Positions 38,789-48,320 of a DNA stretch of 64,000 bases are shown here, in pieces. Each line of letters begins with the position of its first letter. Positions within the stretch are counted from its first letter, which is position 1. The DNA is from a virus. Lineage: Duplodnaviria > Caudoviricetes. Location: positions 12,686 through 76,685 of the IMG/VR virus record IMGVR_UViG_3300037483_000425; one strand, written 5' to 3'. The notes under the pieces were generated by a model. The model saw only the letters and a list, made by a program, of their open reading frames with translations. It was not told where the DNA came from and did not search any database. The position numbers and the translations under genes are program-made.

Positions 38789-41700
38789 TATGTCTTTTTA
38801 CTCGCTTTTGTTGAAGTTAGAAATACATTTTGATCTTTAATGGCAGAAGTTACCGCTTCAGGGTCTAAGAATACCTCAACTTTTACATCAAATTTCATTT
38901 TTTGATTCTCGATTCTAAATTTGTCGTCACCCTTAAGTCCCAGGGCTCGACCAAGATTTTCAATTTGAGGTCTTAGTGTTTTGATATTAATTCCGCTCAA
39001 GTGTTTAGTAATTTCATTTGCTGCCGTAATCATTTTGGAGATTGCTTTTACTGCGGGCATTTCTGCCATATCTGCATCTCCAACTTTTGACTTCTTGGCA
39101 TTCGTATTGAATTTCATGAACTCATCATGAAATAGTCGAATTCCACCAATCGCTGTGCCCATAGATTCTATATTCACAATTCCGTCAGATATCTCTTTGC
39201 GACTTGCGTTTAGTCTTCCAAATCCTTCAAGCAAAGATTTGTCAGCCAAATTATCAACAGAGCCGCGGATTGTCGTCATTGCCTTTGAGACTTCTTCTGG
39301 CTTAATTTGTCCGACCTTAATGAGAACACCCAATCCATCAGCCGCTTGACCGAACATTTTTATAGATTCTATTGCCAATATTGATTGGCCAATCTGCTCA
39401 TCAGAAAATGCTTTTCCAATATCCAGAAGGTCAGCACGTAAACCCCCATTGCCATCTTTTCCAATAAGCATTGGCTTAACTGTTTCTCTAAAAGTTTCAA
39501 GAGTTTTTTCAACCTGTTTAGGTTTCATCTTTTTAATTCTATTGAAAATATCAAGTTCTACGTCGCTTACATCGGCTCCACCCATTTGGAGCTTTCTTTT
39601 CAAAGATTCCGTAGCTTCTTTCCGTTTTCTTTGTTCAGGAGATACTTCAAGAGCTGTCCCGGCCTCAAGGAATGGAGACATAATTGACTGAACTTTTGCT
39701 TGAGCTTTTGCCGAAGCCTTGTCAAGTCGAGCAATTTCTTTATTAATGTCGTCTTCAGATGGACCTAAAGCAAATCCAGCCTCGCTAAGGCCCATTGTTG
39801 CGACTCCAAGCAATGCCCTATTCTCTTTTGCTGATCTTACCTGCTCTCTTTGAAACATAAGCTTTTCTCTTTCCGCCTCAATTCCTCTTAATCGAATATT
39901 TTCTTCAGTTGCCGCCTCCTGGGCGCGAAGCATCATGTCTTTCTTGGTAAGATCATGCTTTTTACCAAGAGCTATTAGCATATCTGCCTGATGTCCTCGC
40001 TCAGCCATTGCTATAGCTTCTAATTCTTCTTTTTGGATACCAAGTTCCTTGTTCTGGCCAGAAATCTGCTGACGTCGCTGTGCCGCTACCTTTGCAGCGC
40101 TTTCTACTTTTTTATCAATAAATTCATATTGCTCTGCTACATCAGACCAAGCTTCATAAAATTTGTACGCAATAAGACCAGCCAAAGCAACAGCTGCACC
40201 CATCAAACCTCCCCTTGCCCCCATCATAAGCATTTTTTGCCAACCCATACTTGCAATGGATTTCGTCAAAGATGATGTAACATGAGGATTGCTTAATGCA
40301 GCACCAAGCCCAGAAGCCATCCCCTTTGCTATTCCTGGAACAACTATCATTGCTGCCGCAATCATTCCAGGCTTTGATCCAAGAATTTTCCATAATGTTG
40401 GCCAAAAATGTTTGTCAACCCATGCAACAACATGATCCCAAACTTCTTTCATTAGCTCAACAAAAGCATCTTTTAATTGCCCTGCGACCGGACCTAGCTG
40501 TCTTGATATCTCATACCAAATGTCAAACAGCAAAGATGCCCCACCTTGACCAGCCTTATCAAACATCTCCTTAAAGGCCGTCGCAAAATCAGTTTCACCA
40601 CGAACAACACGCGTTATCACCTTAAAGAAATCACGCACTTTCTCCATAGCAATCTTCAAGCCAGACAACACAATTTGTCCAACAGCCTTCATTGCCTTTT
40701 TCAGTCCTCCAACAATTTTGCCCATAGCCGAACTTTCCATGTCAACCATGTCAAAAAATGCATTATTCAGGGCTTTCAAAAGATTTTTCAATGCATCTTC
40801 TGCCGTTGAAGGATCCCCAAGATCTTTAAAGAAATTGCGGAAACCCTGAACAACTTTTCCTGCCATTTTTCTAAATTTATCTGGACTGAAGAAATCTCCA
40901 ACACCTCTAATAAATTGCTTCATTCCTGGGAACATCGTAATGAATGCTCGACCAACACGGCGTCCAGCATGCTCTGTTGCCCAGAGGCTAAGCCTGATAT
41001 TTCTCATAACTCGCCAGAAGTCCTTGTTCCAACGAATACCAATTCTCAATCCTCGGACAAACCGATCAAAGAATCCTCCCATTCTATGCCCCTGAAGAAC
41101 AATTCTTTCGATAGAAGCTGCCAATCTCTGCATGGCTTCTGCTTGTGTTATTTGCTGTTGTTCCGCTGTTTGTCCAGCTTGCGCAACTTCATCATAACTC
41201 TTGCCTTGATTCTTTAAAGCAAAAACAGCATTCAATGCCTGGTCTTCAATTCCAGCGGTTGCAGCAAGATAATTTCTTTCTTGACGGGTTAGCTTGCTAA
41301 TATCTTTGCCAGCTTCGAAGAATGATTGACGAAGCATTTCAATCCTCTTTCCAGGATCCTGCTCCTTAATCATTTTCATCGCATCAATATTGATTCCAAA
41401 AGCTTGAGCAAGACGCGCTGCGCTATCTGCTGCATCCTCAAAGTTGTCAAACTTATCAACAATGCCTAAGAGATCCTTGAAGTCAACACCTAATCGTCTT
41501 GTATATGTAGACAATTGAGCCATTTCACGAACACCAACTGATCCAAATTTCTTTAGATCTTGAGACATCATTCCGACATCACGAGCAATAACTTTCTGGG
41601 ATATTCCAAATTGCTTTCCTAATGAAGTTGAAAAGTTCGTTACGGTTCTTAATGTCTCTTCAAATGTTTTCCCCGTTCCCTGCGTCAATTGGGCCATGGT

Positions 41701-42525
41701 TTTCATTTGTTCATTTGACAATCCAAGACCTTTTTGATATGCCACCATTCGTTCTGCATTTTCTGCAATATGTAATCCGAACTCATGGAATACGGCACCC
41801 ATTTCTGTTGCCAATTCACGAATGGCATTCAATCTATCCCACAAGAATCCCGTCACACGAAAGGTGCTCAATCCTGTTTCAGCCAACTCTCCACGCATAG
41901 AACGAGCCGCAGAAATAACATTCTTGGCCATATCTGTATGAAAATCACCAAATGTTTTTCGAACATTTTCGTAAGCTTTCCATAGTTCCACGCCTCCGCC
42001 ACCACGATTCGCTTCCGCAACAAATGCATTGAATATCTTAAATGGAATTGATAATATAGATTTGCTGATACTAAAGATGCCTTGAACAGCTGTTGCCGCC
42101 AAAGAAATTACTCCTTGGAGTCCGTGACTTAGCGTAGTAAATCCCTTACTTATTCCATCAATAAATCCAACTGAAGCCGCACCCCATGATGACGTTTCTG
42201 CTGTTCCTTTTTGATATTGTTCAAATAAGCTCTCAAATCCATCATCTTGTTCTTCCATGGATTCAGCCAGAATTTCTGACATATCTTGCTGTTTTTCAGA
42301 GAACTCTTGCGCGGCTGCGGCTGCATCTCTCAATGAATTCGCTGTACTCTGCGCATTTCTTGCAATATCTCCACTTAGCTGAGCCTCACCTAATGCATTA
42401 ATAAGCTCATTAGTAACCTGAGCTTGTTGGCGGAAAAGACGAGTTGTTTCAGATACAATTCTTTTCCTTTCCGTCAAAAGCTCATTAAGTTGCTTTTGAG
42501 TTTCTACATTGTTAGCGTCAGCCAT
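38788..42525 (-). CDS. Tape measure protein
   Basis: 1245 aa, A/G-rich and helical; downstream of chaperone and tube genes. Confidence 0.8.
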   Translation of the reverse strand: MADANNVETQKQLNELLTERKRIVSETTRLFRQQAQVTNELINALGEAQLSGDIARNAQSTANSLRDAAAAAQEFSEKQQDMSEILAESMEEQDDGFESLFEQYQKGTAETSSWGAASVGFIDGISKGFTTLSHGLQGVISLAATAVQGIFSISKSILSIPFKIFNAFVAEANRGGGGVELWKAYENVRKTFGDFHTDMAKNVISAARSMRGELAETGLSTFRVTGFLWDRLNAIRELATEMGAVFHEFGLHIAENAERMVAYQKGLGLSNEQMKTMAQLTQGTGKTFEETLRTVTNFSTSLGKQFGISQKVIARDVGMMSQDLKKFGSVGVREMAQLSTYTRRLGVDFKDLLGIVDKFDNFEDAADSAARLAQAFGINIDAMKMIKEQDPGKRIEMLRQSFFEAGKDISKLTRQERNYLAATAGIEDQALNAVFALKNQGKSYDEVAQAGQTAEQQQITQAEAMQRLAASIERIVLQGHRMGGFFDRFVRGLRIGIRWNKDFWRVMRNIRLSLWATEHAGRRVGRAFITMFPGMKQFIRGVGDFFSPDKFRKMAGKVVQGFRNFFKDLGDPSTAEDALKNLLKALNNAFFDMVDMESSAMGKIVGGLKKAMKAVGQIVLSGLKIAMEKVRDFFKVITRVVRGETDFATAFKEMFDKAGQGGASLLFDIWYEISRQLGPVAGQLKDAFVELMKEVWDHVVAWVDKHFWPTLWKILGSKPGMIAAAMIVVPGIAKGMASGLGAALSNPHVTSSLTKSIASMGWQKMLMMGARGGLMGAAVALAGLIAYKFYEAWSDVAEQYEFIDKKVESAAKVAAQRRQQISGQNKELGIQKEELEAIAMAERGHQADMLIALGKKHDLTKKDMMLRAQEAATEENIRLRGIEAEREKLMFQREQVRSAKENRALLGVATMGLSEAGFALGPSEDDINKEIARLDKASAKAQAKVQSIMSPFLEAGTALEVSPEQRKRKEATESLKRKLQMGGADVSDVELDIFNRIKKMKPKQVEKTLETFRETVKPMLIGKDGNGGLRADLLDIGKAFSDEQIGQSILAIESIKMFGQAADGLGVLIKVGQIKPEEVSKAMTTIRGSVDNLADKSLLEGFGRLNASRKEISDGIVNIESMGTAIGGIRLFHDEFMKFNTNAKKSKVGDADMAEMPAVKAISKMITAANEITKHLSGINIKTLRPQIENLGRALGLKGDDKFRIENQKMKFDVKVEVFLDPEAVTSAIKDQNVFLTSTKASKKT

Positions 42526-42577
42526 GAGATCTTAATTCTAGTTCTAAATATCTAATAGCAACAAAAAAGGACCGTAA

Positions 42578-42898
42578 TTACGATCCTTCAAAGTTCATTG
42601 TCCTAATGTCTCTCGATTTCCATCGAGCATTTGTTTCTTCGCGGAACCTTTCAGGCTGAACCTGTCTTAGCTTGCCGCGATAAATTCCCTTTTCTGCCTC
42701 AGTAAGCGGCCTTTCTTCTTTCTCGTCTTGGCCATTTTGCTTCTTGACTTCTTTGACAATTTCTCCAATAAAATATCGTCTAAGATTTACTGGCAAAAAT
42801 CTTGCTTCCCAGTATGAAAATCTTCCATAATAAACAAGGAGAAATAGTTCTCGATTATATAAAGAGCGATCATTCAGGCCAAAAAAATTGTGCCCCAA
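42578..42898 (-). CDS. Tail assembly chaperone C-terminal extension (probable frameshift product)
   Basis: Overlaps the upstream gene in the +1 frame across a T7 run; weak TTG start with no SD. Confidence 0.6.
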   Translation of the reverse strand: MGHNFFGLNDRSLYNRELFLLVYYGRFSYWEARFLPVNLRRYFIGEIVKEVKKQNGQDEKEERPLTEAEKGIYRGKLRQVQPERFREETNARWKSRDIRTMNFEGS

Positions 42899-43718
42899 GA
42901 GGCATACCTACCTCTTCATCCTGTCCACAGGCCGGGCAAGTTGCAATTTGACGCATAACCATCCCTGGCTCATGCTTGTCCATATACTTACGCAATGCCT
43001 TGGAATCTCCCGCTCTCATAGAATCCACAAATCGCGCAATATAACCTTTATCTTCAATATCGTCTACTTGAACAATGCTGTACTTCAATCTCGTTGTGAC
43101 AAATTGATCTTGCAAATTCCCAAGCTTTTTCATCTTATCTTGAATGATATTAATTTCTTCTTCATCATCTCCTGTTAAAAACTTGAAATATACTTTTCTT
43201 TTGGAAATTGGCAATTCAAATTCAAATACATTAGTGCCAGATCTAACTGGCGACAAATCTAACCTTTTTAGAGGTAATTTATCTAATCTAAATGTGTTTT
43301 CAAAATTGTGACCGCAAGAGTTACACTCAATCTCGGCCGGATATTCGGATCCATATCCTGTAATTCTCAAACTCACCATGATTGCATTTCTGTCTCCCGC
43401 AATCATCTCTCCAACGTTAATCTCTTTATCCACCAAACATGATTTGATTAATTCAGTGATTACCGTTCCCTTTTTGATAAGAGCACGAGAAGTAAGAATG
43501 TCTTCCTCGCGTGCGGTCATAACTCTAATATCAACCGTTTCTCGACCACATAATGGGGATTTTTCAGGATAGACCATCCCTTTCGATGGCAAAGGAACAC
43601 TCTCTGCCGGAATATCATCCATCGGTTGCATAATCACATTTGAATTGTTAGAATTAAAAACCTTATTACGTTGTGCTCTATCTTCGCTCATAGCGGATTC
43701 TGTTATTTCTTCTGCCAT
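42870..43718 (-). CDS. Tail/baseplate assembly chaperone (T4 gp26-like)
   Basis: VPLPSKG, MTAREEDIL, DRNAIMVSLRITGYG, two CxxC, FFWP end. Confidence 0.8.
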   Translation of the reverse strand: MAEEITESAMSEDRAQRNKVFNSNNSNVIMQPMDDIPAESVPLPSKGMVYPEKSPLCGRETVDIRVMTAREEDILTSRALIKKGTVITELIKSCLVDKEINVGEMIAGDRNAIMVSLRITGYGSEYPAEIECNSCGHNFENTFRLDKLPLKRLDLSPVRSGTNVFEFELPISKRKVYFKFLTGDDEEEINIIQDKMKKLGNLQDQFVTTRLKYSIVQVDDIEDKGYIARFVDSMRAGDSKALRKYMDKHEPGMVMRQIATCPACGQDEEVGMPLGAQFFWPE

Positions 43719-43927
43719 AATTTAACCCTTTTTGGATAAACCTGTTCTAGAAAATGATAGGTCAACCCAGGTACTTTGTTAATGTGTCCAAGATCTTTTT
43801 TTATCATACAAAGAAATCTGCCTTAGTTCTTTATATGAAAATTTAAAATAATGCATTAATAGAAATGTTTCTTCATTTTTGAGATCTGGACGATTCATCA
43901 ACTACTAACTATAGCAATCCTTAAAAA

Positions 43928-44599
43928 TTAAGAATTTGGCTTTCTAATGACGAACACAGATTCTAATGAAACTTCAAGATCATATTTCTTTGCAAATTCA
44001 TTAACTGCTTTTTTTACGCCAGGGAATGTATTGTAATCATCTCCGCACAATATTCCGCCAGGACGAAGCAATCTCCAATAATGCTCTAAGTCTTTCATTA
44101 CGCTTTCATATTCATGAGCAGCATCTAAATAAATAAGTTCTGCTTTTGCTCCCCATTTATTCAATAATTCAAATGCATTATCAGAAGTGTTGGGAAATGG
44201 AATAACATAATTTTGAAGACTTAATCTTTTGACATTTGCAAGAAATTGGTAATAAAGTTGAGGATATCCATGTTTGTGATTTAGTCCTCCCCAACGATGC
44301 TGGTTTTTCTTATCGACCCAGTGTTCTGGGCTCCCTAGCCACGTATCAACGCAAACTATTTTCCCATCGATATTGTTGTCTTGCAAAGCTTTAGCCATGT
44401 TGCAGGCACTCTGGCCTTTCCATGTCCCAACCTCAATAATTAATTTCGGCCTTATTTGCTTAATTGTTTGCCCAAACCAAGGACGATTTCCTCCCCATCC
44501 CTGCAAATCCAATTCAAATCCTTCTTCTTTAAAGTCTTTATAAATATCACATCCATAAATCGAATGAATCGTTATCGGCCTTTGGTTCTTTTTACCCAT
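43928..44599 (-). CDS. Class I SAM-dependent methyltransferase (Methyltransf_24-like)
   Basis: IEVGTWKGQS, CVDTW, YLDAAHEY, GGILCGDDY; start placed at MGKKN (ORF track starts at 44626). Confidence 0.8.
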   Translation of the reverse strand: MGKKNQRPITIHSIYGCDIYKDFKEEGFELDLQGWGGNRPWFGQTIKQIRPKLIIEVGTWKGQSACNMAKALQDNNIDGKIVCVDTWLGSPEHWVDKKNQHRWGGLNHKHGYPQLYYQFLANVKRLSLQNYVIPFPNTSDNAFELLNKWGAKAELIYLDAAHEYESVMKDLEHYWRLLRPGGILCGDDYNTFPGVKKAVNEFAKKYDLEVSLESVFVIRKPNS

Positions 44600-44694
44600 A
44601 TTAAATAATATGACATATAAGGCCATTGTATAGCTTTATAATCTTTACTGTTCGATATGACTTAGCGATATTGAAACCATCTGCCTGCAAATAG

Positions 44695-44729
44695 CAAAAA
44701 AATAAAGCCACACCCATTGTGAGTGTGGC
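44695..44729 (-). terminator. Intrinsic terminator after the tail tube gene
   Basis: GCCACAC/GTGTGGC stem with a T-rich tail on the minus strand. Confidence 0.65.
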
Positions 44730-44753
44730 CAAATTTGACGTGAGAAAACTCAC

Positions 44754-45242
44754 TTAAAATTGTAAAACCGCCAAGTCGTAACGAATTGTTAATGTCACGT
44801 CAGCTGACTCAGTATTATCATATGCCAATTCTCCAAAGTTTGCTTCTTGAATATAAGCACCTTTGATATCCCAAAGCTCAACAACTGCACCCAATGGGTC
44901 AAGCATTTTTAGCTGAATATCTCGCTTATAAAAATCGGCATAACCACCACGTTGAGTAACGTGTTCTTGGCCTAATCTAATCCATTCCATAACCTGCTGA
45001 GCACCAGATGGCGCTATCGCATCATGCAAAGCTACACTAAGCTCACCAAATGTGTACTTTGATGCAAGATAACGTGTCGCATTAATATAGTTGATTGTGA
45101 ATGTTTCTGTGCTGATTGTTGGTCGAGCAGCCGTCTTCAAAAGAAAGCTGTCAATGCCTTCAATAGCTAAAAGCCAACGAAACTTTCGTTTTGGTTCGAA
45201 AGTATTCGCAAGCATATCTTGAACGTCAAGTACCTCTGCCAT
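44754..45242 (-). CDS. Tail tube protein (T4 gp19-like)
   Basis: FEPKRKFRW, ARP, WIRL, YKRDI.LKMLDP.G..VE.W.IKGA, YD. Confidence 0.88.
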   Translation of the reverse strand: MAEVLDVQDMLANTFEPKRKFRWLLAIEGIDSFLLKTAARPTISTETFTINYINATRYLASKYTFGELSVALHDAIAPSGAQQVMEWIRLGQEHVTQRGGYADFYKRDIQLKMLDPLGAVVELWDIKGAYIQEANFGELAYDNTESADVTLTIRYDLAVLQF

Positions 45243-45259
45243 TGTTTAATCTCCTAATC

Positions 45260-45265
45260 TAAGTA
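45260..45265 (-). promoter_or_regulatory. Late-type promoter hexamer TACTTA (tube gene); representative of about 17 sites
   Basis: TA(T/C/G)TTA also upstream of MCP (61094), scaffold (63180), sheaths (51383, 48298), neck (56560), TMP (42545) and cargo genes. Confidence 0.7.
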
Positions 45266-45282
45266 GTCCCTTACTGAAAAAT

Positions 45283-48200
45283 TTATATAGTAACTCCATT
45301 ATTTGTTACAACGAAGTCAAGTGCCACGAATTCAACCGTACGTGTTGGCTGAATATAAATCACACCACGAACTGTATTGTTTTCAACATCAGCTTGTGTT
45401 GTCGTACTCGTGTCAATTCTCACACGGTATCTATCAATACCAGCCTGCTCTTGAATCTTATTAAGAATAGGATTCACACGAGCAGAGAATCGTGCAAGTG
45501 TTTCTTCCCTATTTGGTTCAAATAGGAAGTCATTAGCAACTCGTTTGACTCTTCTTCTAAGCTCAAGAAGAAGTCGACGGACATTGATTCGATCCAATGC
45601 CGATTGTGCAGCAAGCAAGGTCTTCTGACCCCACACAACAACCCCTGGACCTCCTGGGAATGCCGTAATAGGATTGATATCAACCTCGTACAAATCATCA
45701 AGATTGCCTTGATTTAATGTGACCGCAGTTTGCTTCACATTCTCCATAGCACCGCGAGTAAATCCTGCTGGTGCTAACCATGGATGCCCAACCGCATCAT
45801 TCAACGCGTATGCGCCAATAACACCAACAGACGGAGGAACGCGCACATTTGTATTTGTAGTAGGATCTTTAATCACCAAGTCTGGAAAATATGCCGCTCC
45901 AAAGCTTGAATCTATCGCTCTTGCCGCAAATGAGTTTACAGTATTCTGAACATTTACATCCTGTAATGAAGAAGTGATAACGCTATTAACAGTATCCCTT
46001 TCTTCAATGTCCATAATATAGATCGCATCAAATCTAGACTGTGCTGTGATTAATGCCTGATCAGTGACAACGGAATGTCTAATACCTGGGATTGCTAAAA
46101 TATTAACATCTACTTCAGATGTCTCTCCCATAATGTCCAAAGCTTTTCTGTAGGCACGAACTGTTGGGCCTTCATCCTGACCACGAGCTGTAAAGTTCAT
46201 TTCTTCAATAATAGCTCTATTTGTTAAGTCGTTCTCATCTTTGTCAAAGATGTTGACTCCATCGAATCCTCCTTGCATAAAGAAAGAGAACTTGGTCAAA
46301 GAGCGAACACCCAAGATGGACAAGTCAGTGCTCAAATCAAGCGCCCTAGTCTTATTCGAAATATCGTCTGTAATGTTTCCTTCACGAACATATGTCCATT
46401 CATCAACCGTTTTGAGATTCGCTTTTCCGTCAGACCCTGTAACAACTTGAATATTCTCAAGAGAGAAGATATTATTATTGAATACATCGGCATCTAAGTT
46501 GCCATTCGCAGAACTAAATGCCGTTCCTTCATTATTCCCAACCTGAATATTTTGATTAGTCGTCATAAATCCAGGAAAGTATTTTGCAAAGCTTCTAACA
46601 GTTTCTTCAGGTTCTGCACTCTTGTTTGGCTCAGTTGTTGAGATGTTCTTTTCAAACTGAACTCCCCAATATAGATTTCGATTAATAACCTTCTTAGGAT
46701 CAACGCCTATTGTAATGTTCTTTCTAAATGGTGTTGGTGGCTCAACAGAACGCTGAAGAATATCAGCGGATACAGCGACACTTGAGCTAACTGTGGTTAG
46801 TGGAGCAGAGCCAGAGGTAACAAGATGATATTTTCCACGGAAACCTGCCGGCAATGCTGTTGGCTCAACATCCCCATTGAATACTTCATCAGTAATCTCA
46901 ACACGAACACGACCAGAAACATTTGGGTAATTCCCATCTACAACAAGTTTTTGTGTTCCGTTTGCTCTGTCAAAGTCAAAGTATCTATATTCGTCGCCAA
47001 TTGCTTTTCCAATAAAGCGATCAGATGATGGATTGAGAGACAATCCTCGATAAGACTCTAGAACAACCTTGTTATCGTCATTATCACTTATGTCTCTTAC
47101 GAGAAGATCAAACGTGCCAAACTGATCCTCTTCACTTTGACTTGGGGAAATATTCTCAATAGAGAACTTATAAGATTCAGAATCTCCAGCCCCATCAGAA
47201 AGACCGTGCAATCTGAAAAGATTCTTCGGAGAACCACCGAATTTCTGGGATATGACATAAGGACTAATCGCCGCGCTAAACCTATCCTCAAAGTTTTCAT
47301 AGTTTGGAACAGTTGGAGAACCCGTATTTCTTGCCTCGCTTCCCGTTGTTATAAATGCGATATCTTGCAAGCTTGCATATTGGCCGCTTGCGAATCCGTC
47401 CAATAAAAGTCCGGTTCCCGTTACCGCTGCCAATGCCGGATGGATATCATAATGTGTATAAAGAAGATATCCAGCCTTTTGCATGCTGAAGGGGTCTTTG
47501 TTCAAAAGATTGGCAAAATAATTTGGAGCAGTTGGATCAAAAGATGCCGTTACAACATTTGGATATGAAGAATCGGTTCCCTTATGTCCATTCAAAAGAA
47601 GAACAAATTCTTGCTTTGCCGTAGATCCATTGAGCAATTGAACAGAGCCAGTCAAATCACCCTTCAATGTTCCCGCACCAGCTGTTGCCGGATCAGTCGC
47701 GCTTGGAGCGGAACTGTCTACTGCCAATGTGGAGGAAAGAAGAGGAATAACTCCAGAAGCCGCCAATAGGACACCACGAATAATTGGATGAGCACTTGTT
47801 CCATCTTGAATCTGTGCAGAAGAAAAGATATCTGAGCCAGCAGACTCGCTCATGTAACAACCCAAGAAATAAGTTCGTCCTGGCTCTCCTTCAGAAACAG
47901 CATAAGGATTATCTCCAAAATTTCCTGTATCTAATGGCTGTTGCTCTCCAACAACAAATCCAGCGGACTCAACAGATCCAATGTTATTGCCTGTAGTAAG
48001 CCTTTTCTCCCCCTTACCAACACCCAAAACTTTTAGATAAGTTAGTGCCGTAGAATTGTTCAGCCATTCCGAAGCTGCCAAAGGTCCATATTTTTCCCCG
48101 TCAGATGGTCCAAATTTGGAATTATAATTTTGCAATGTTCCTACGGTAAGAGGAACAAATGCCGGTCCACGCGTTGACGTTCCGATAATACCCGCAGGAG

Positions 48201-48285
48201 TCCCTATGGGACCAGTTTGTGATGGTCCTGAAAGATCAATCTCATTCGCACTTACGCCAGGGCTTTTGAAAGTCAACTCAACCAT
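45283..48285 (-). CDS. Tail sheath protein 2
   Basis: FKSPGV..EID, RGPAFVP, WLAPAGFTRG, INPI, GQKT, RINVRRLL, PTRTVEF. Confidence 0.92.
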   Translation of the reverse strand: MVELTFKSPGVSANEIDLSGPSQTGPIGTPAGIIGTSTRGPAFVPLTVGTLQNYNSKFGPSDGEKYGPLAASEWLNNSTALTYLKVLGVGKGEKRLTTGNNIGSVESAGFVVGEQQPLDTGNFGDNPYAVSEGEPGRTYFLGCYMSESAGSDIFSSAQIQDGTSAHPIIRGVLLAASGVIPLLSSTLAVDSSAPSATDPATAGAGTLKGDLTGSVQLLNGSTAKQEFVLLLNGHKGTDSSYPNVVTASFDPTAPNYFANLLNKDPFSMQKAGYLLYTHYDIHPALAAVTGTGLLLDGFASGQYASLQDIAFITTGSEARNTGSPTVPNYENFEDRFSAAISPYVISQKFGGSPKNLFRLHGLSDGAGDSESYKFSIENISPSQSEEDQFGTFDLLVRDISDNDDNKVVLESYRGLSLNPSSDRFIGKAIGDEYRYFDFDRANGTQKLVVDGNYPNVSGRVRVEITDEVFNGDVEPTALPAGFRGKYHLVTSGSAPLTTVSSSVAVSADILQRSVEPPTPFRKNITIGVDPKKVINRNLYWGVQFEKNISTTEPNKSAEPEETVRSFAKYFPGFMTTNQNIQVGNNEGTAFSSANGNLDADVFNNNIFSLENIQVVTGSDGKANLKTVDEWTYVREGNITDDISNKTRALDLSTDLSILGVRSLTKFSFFMQGGFDGVNIFDKDENDLTNRAIIEEMNFTARGQDEGPTVRAYRKALDIMGETSEVDVNILAIPGIRHSVVTDQALITAQSRFDAIYIMDIEERDTVNSVITSSLQDVNVQNTVNSFAARAIDSSFGAAYFPDLVIKDPTTNTNVRVPPSVGVIGAYALNDAVGHPWLAPAGFTRGAMENVKQTAVTLNQGNLDDLYEVDINPITAFPGGPGVVVWGQKTLLAAQSALDRINVRRLLLELRRRVKRVANDFLFEPNREETLARFSARVNPILNKIQEQAGIDRYRVRIDTSTTTQADVENNTVRGVIYIQPTRTVEFVALDFVVTNNGVTI

Positions 48286-48320
48286 TTGCTTCTCCTATAA
48301 ATACACTCTTAATTGAAAAA

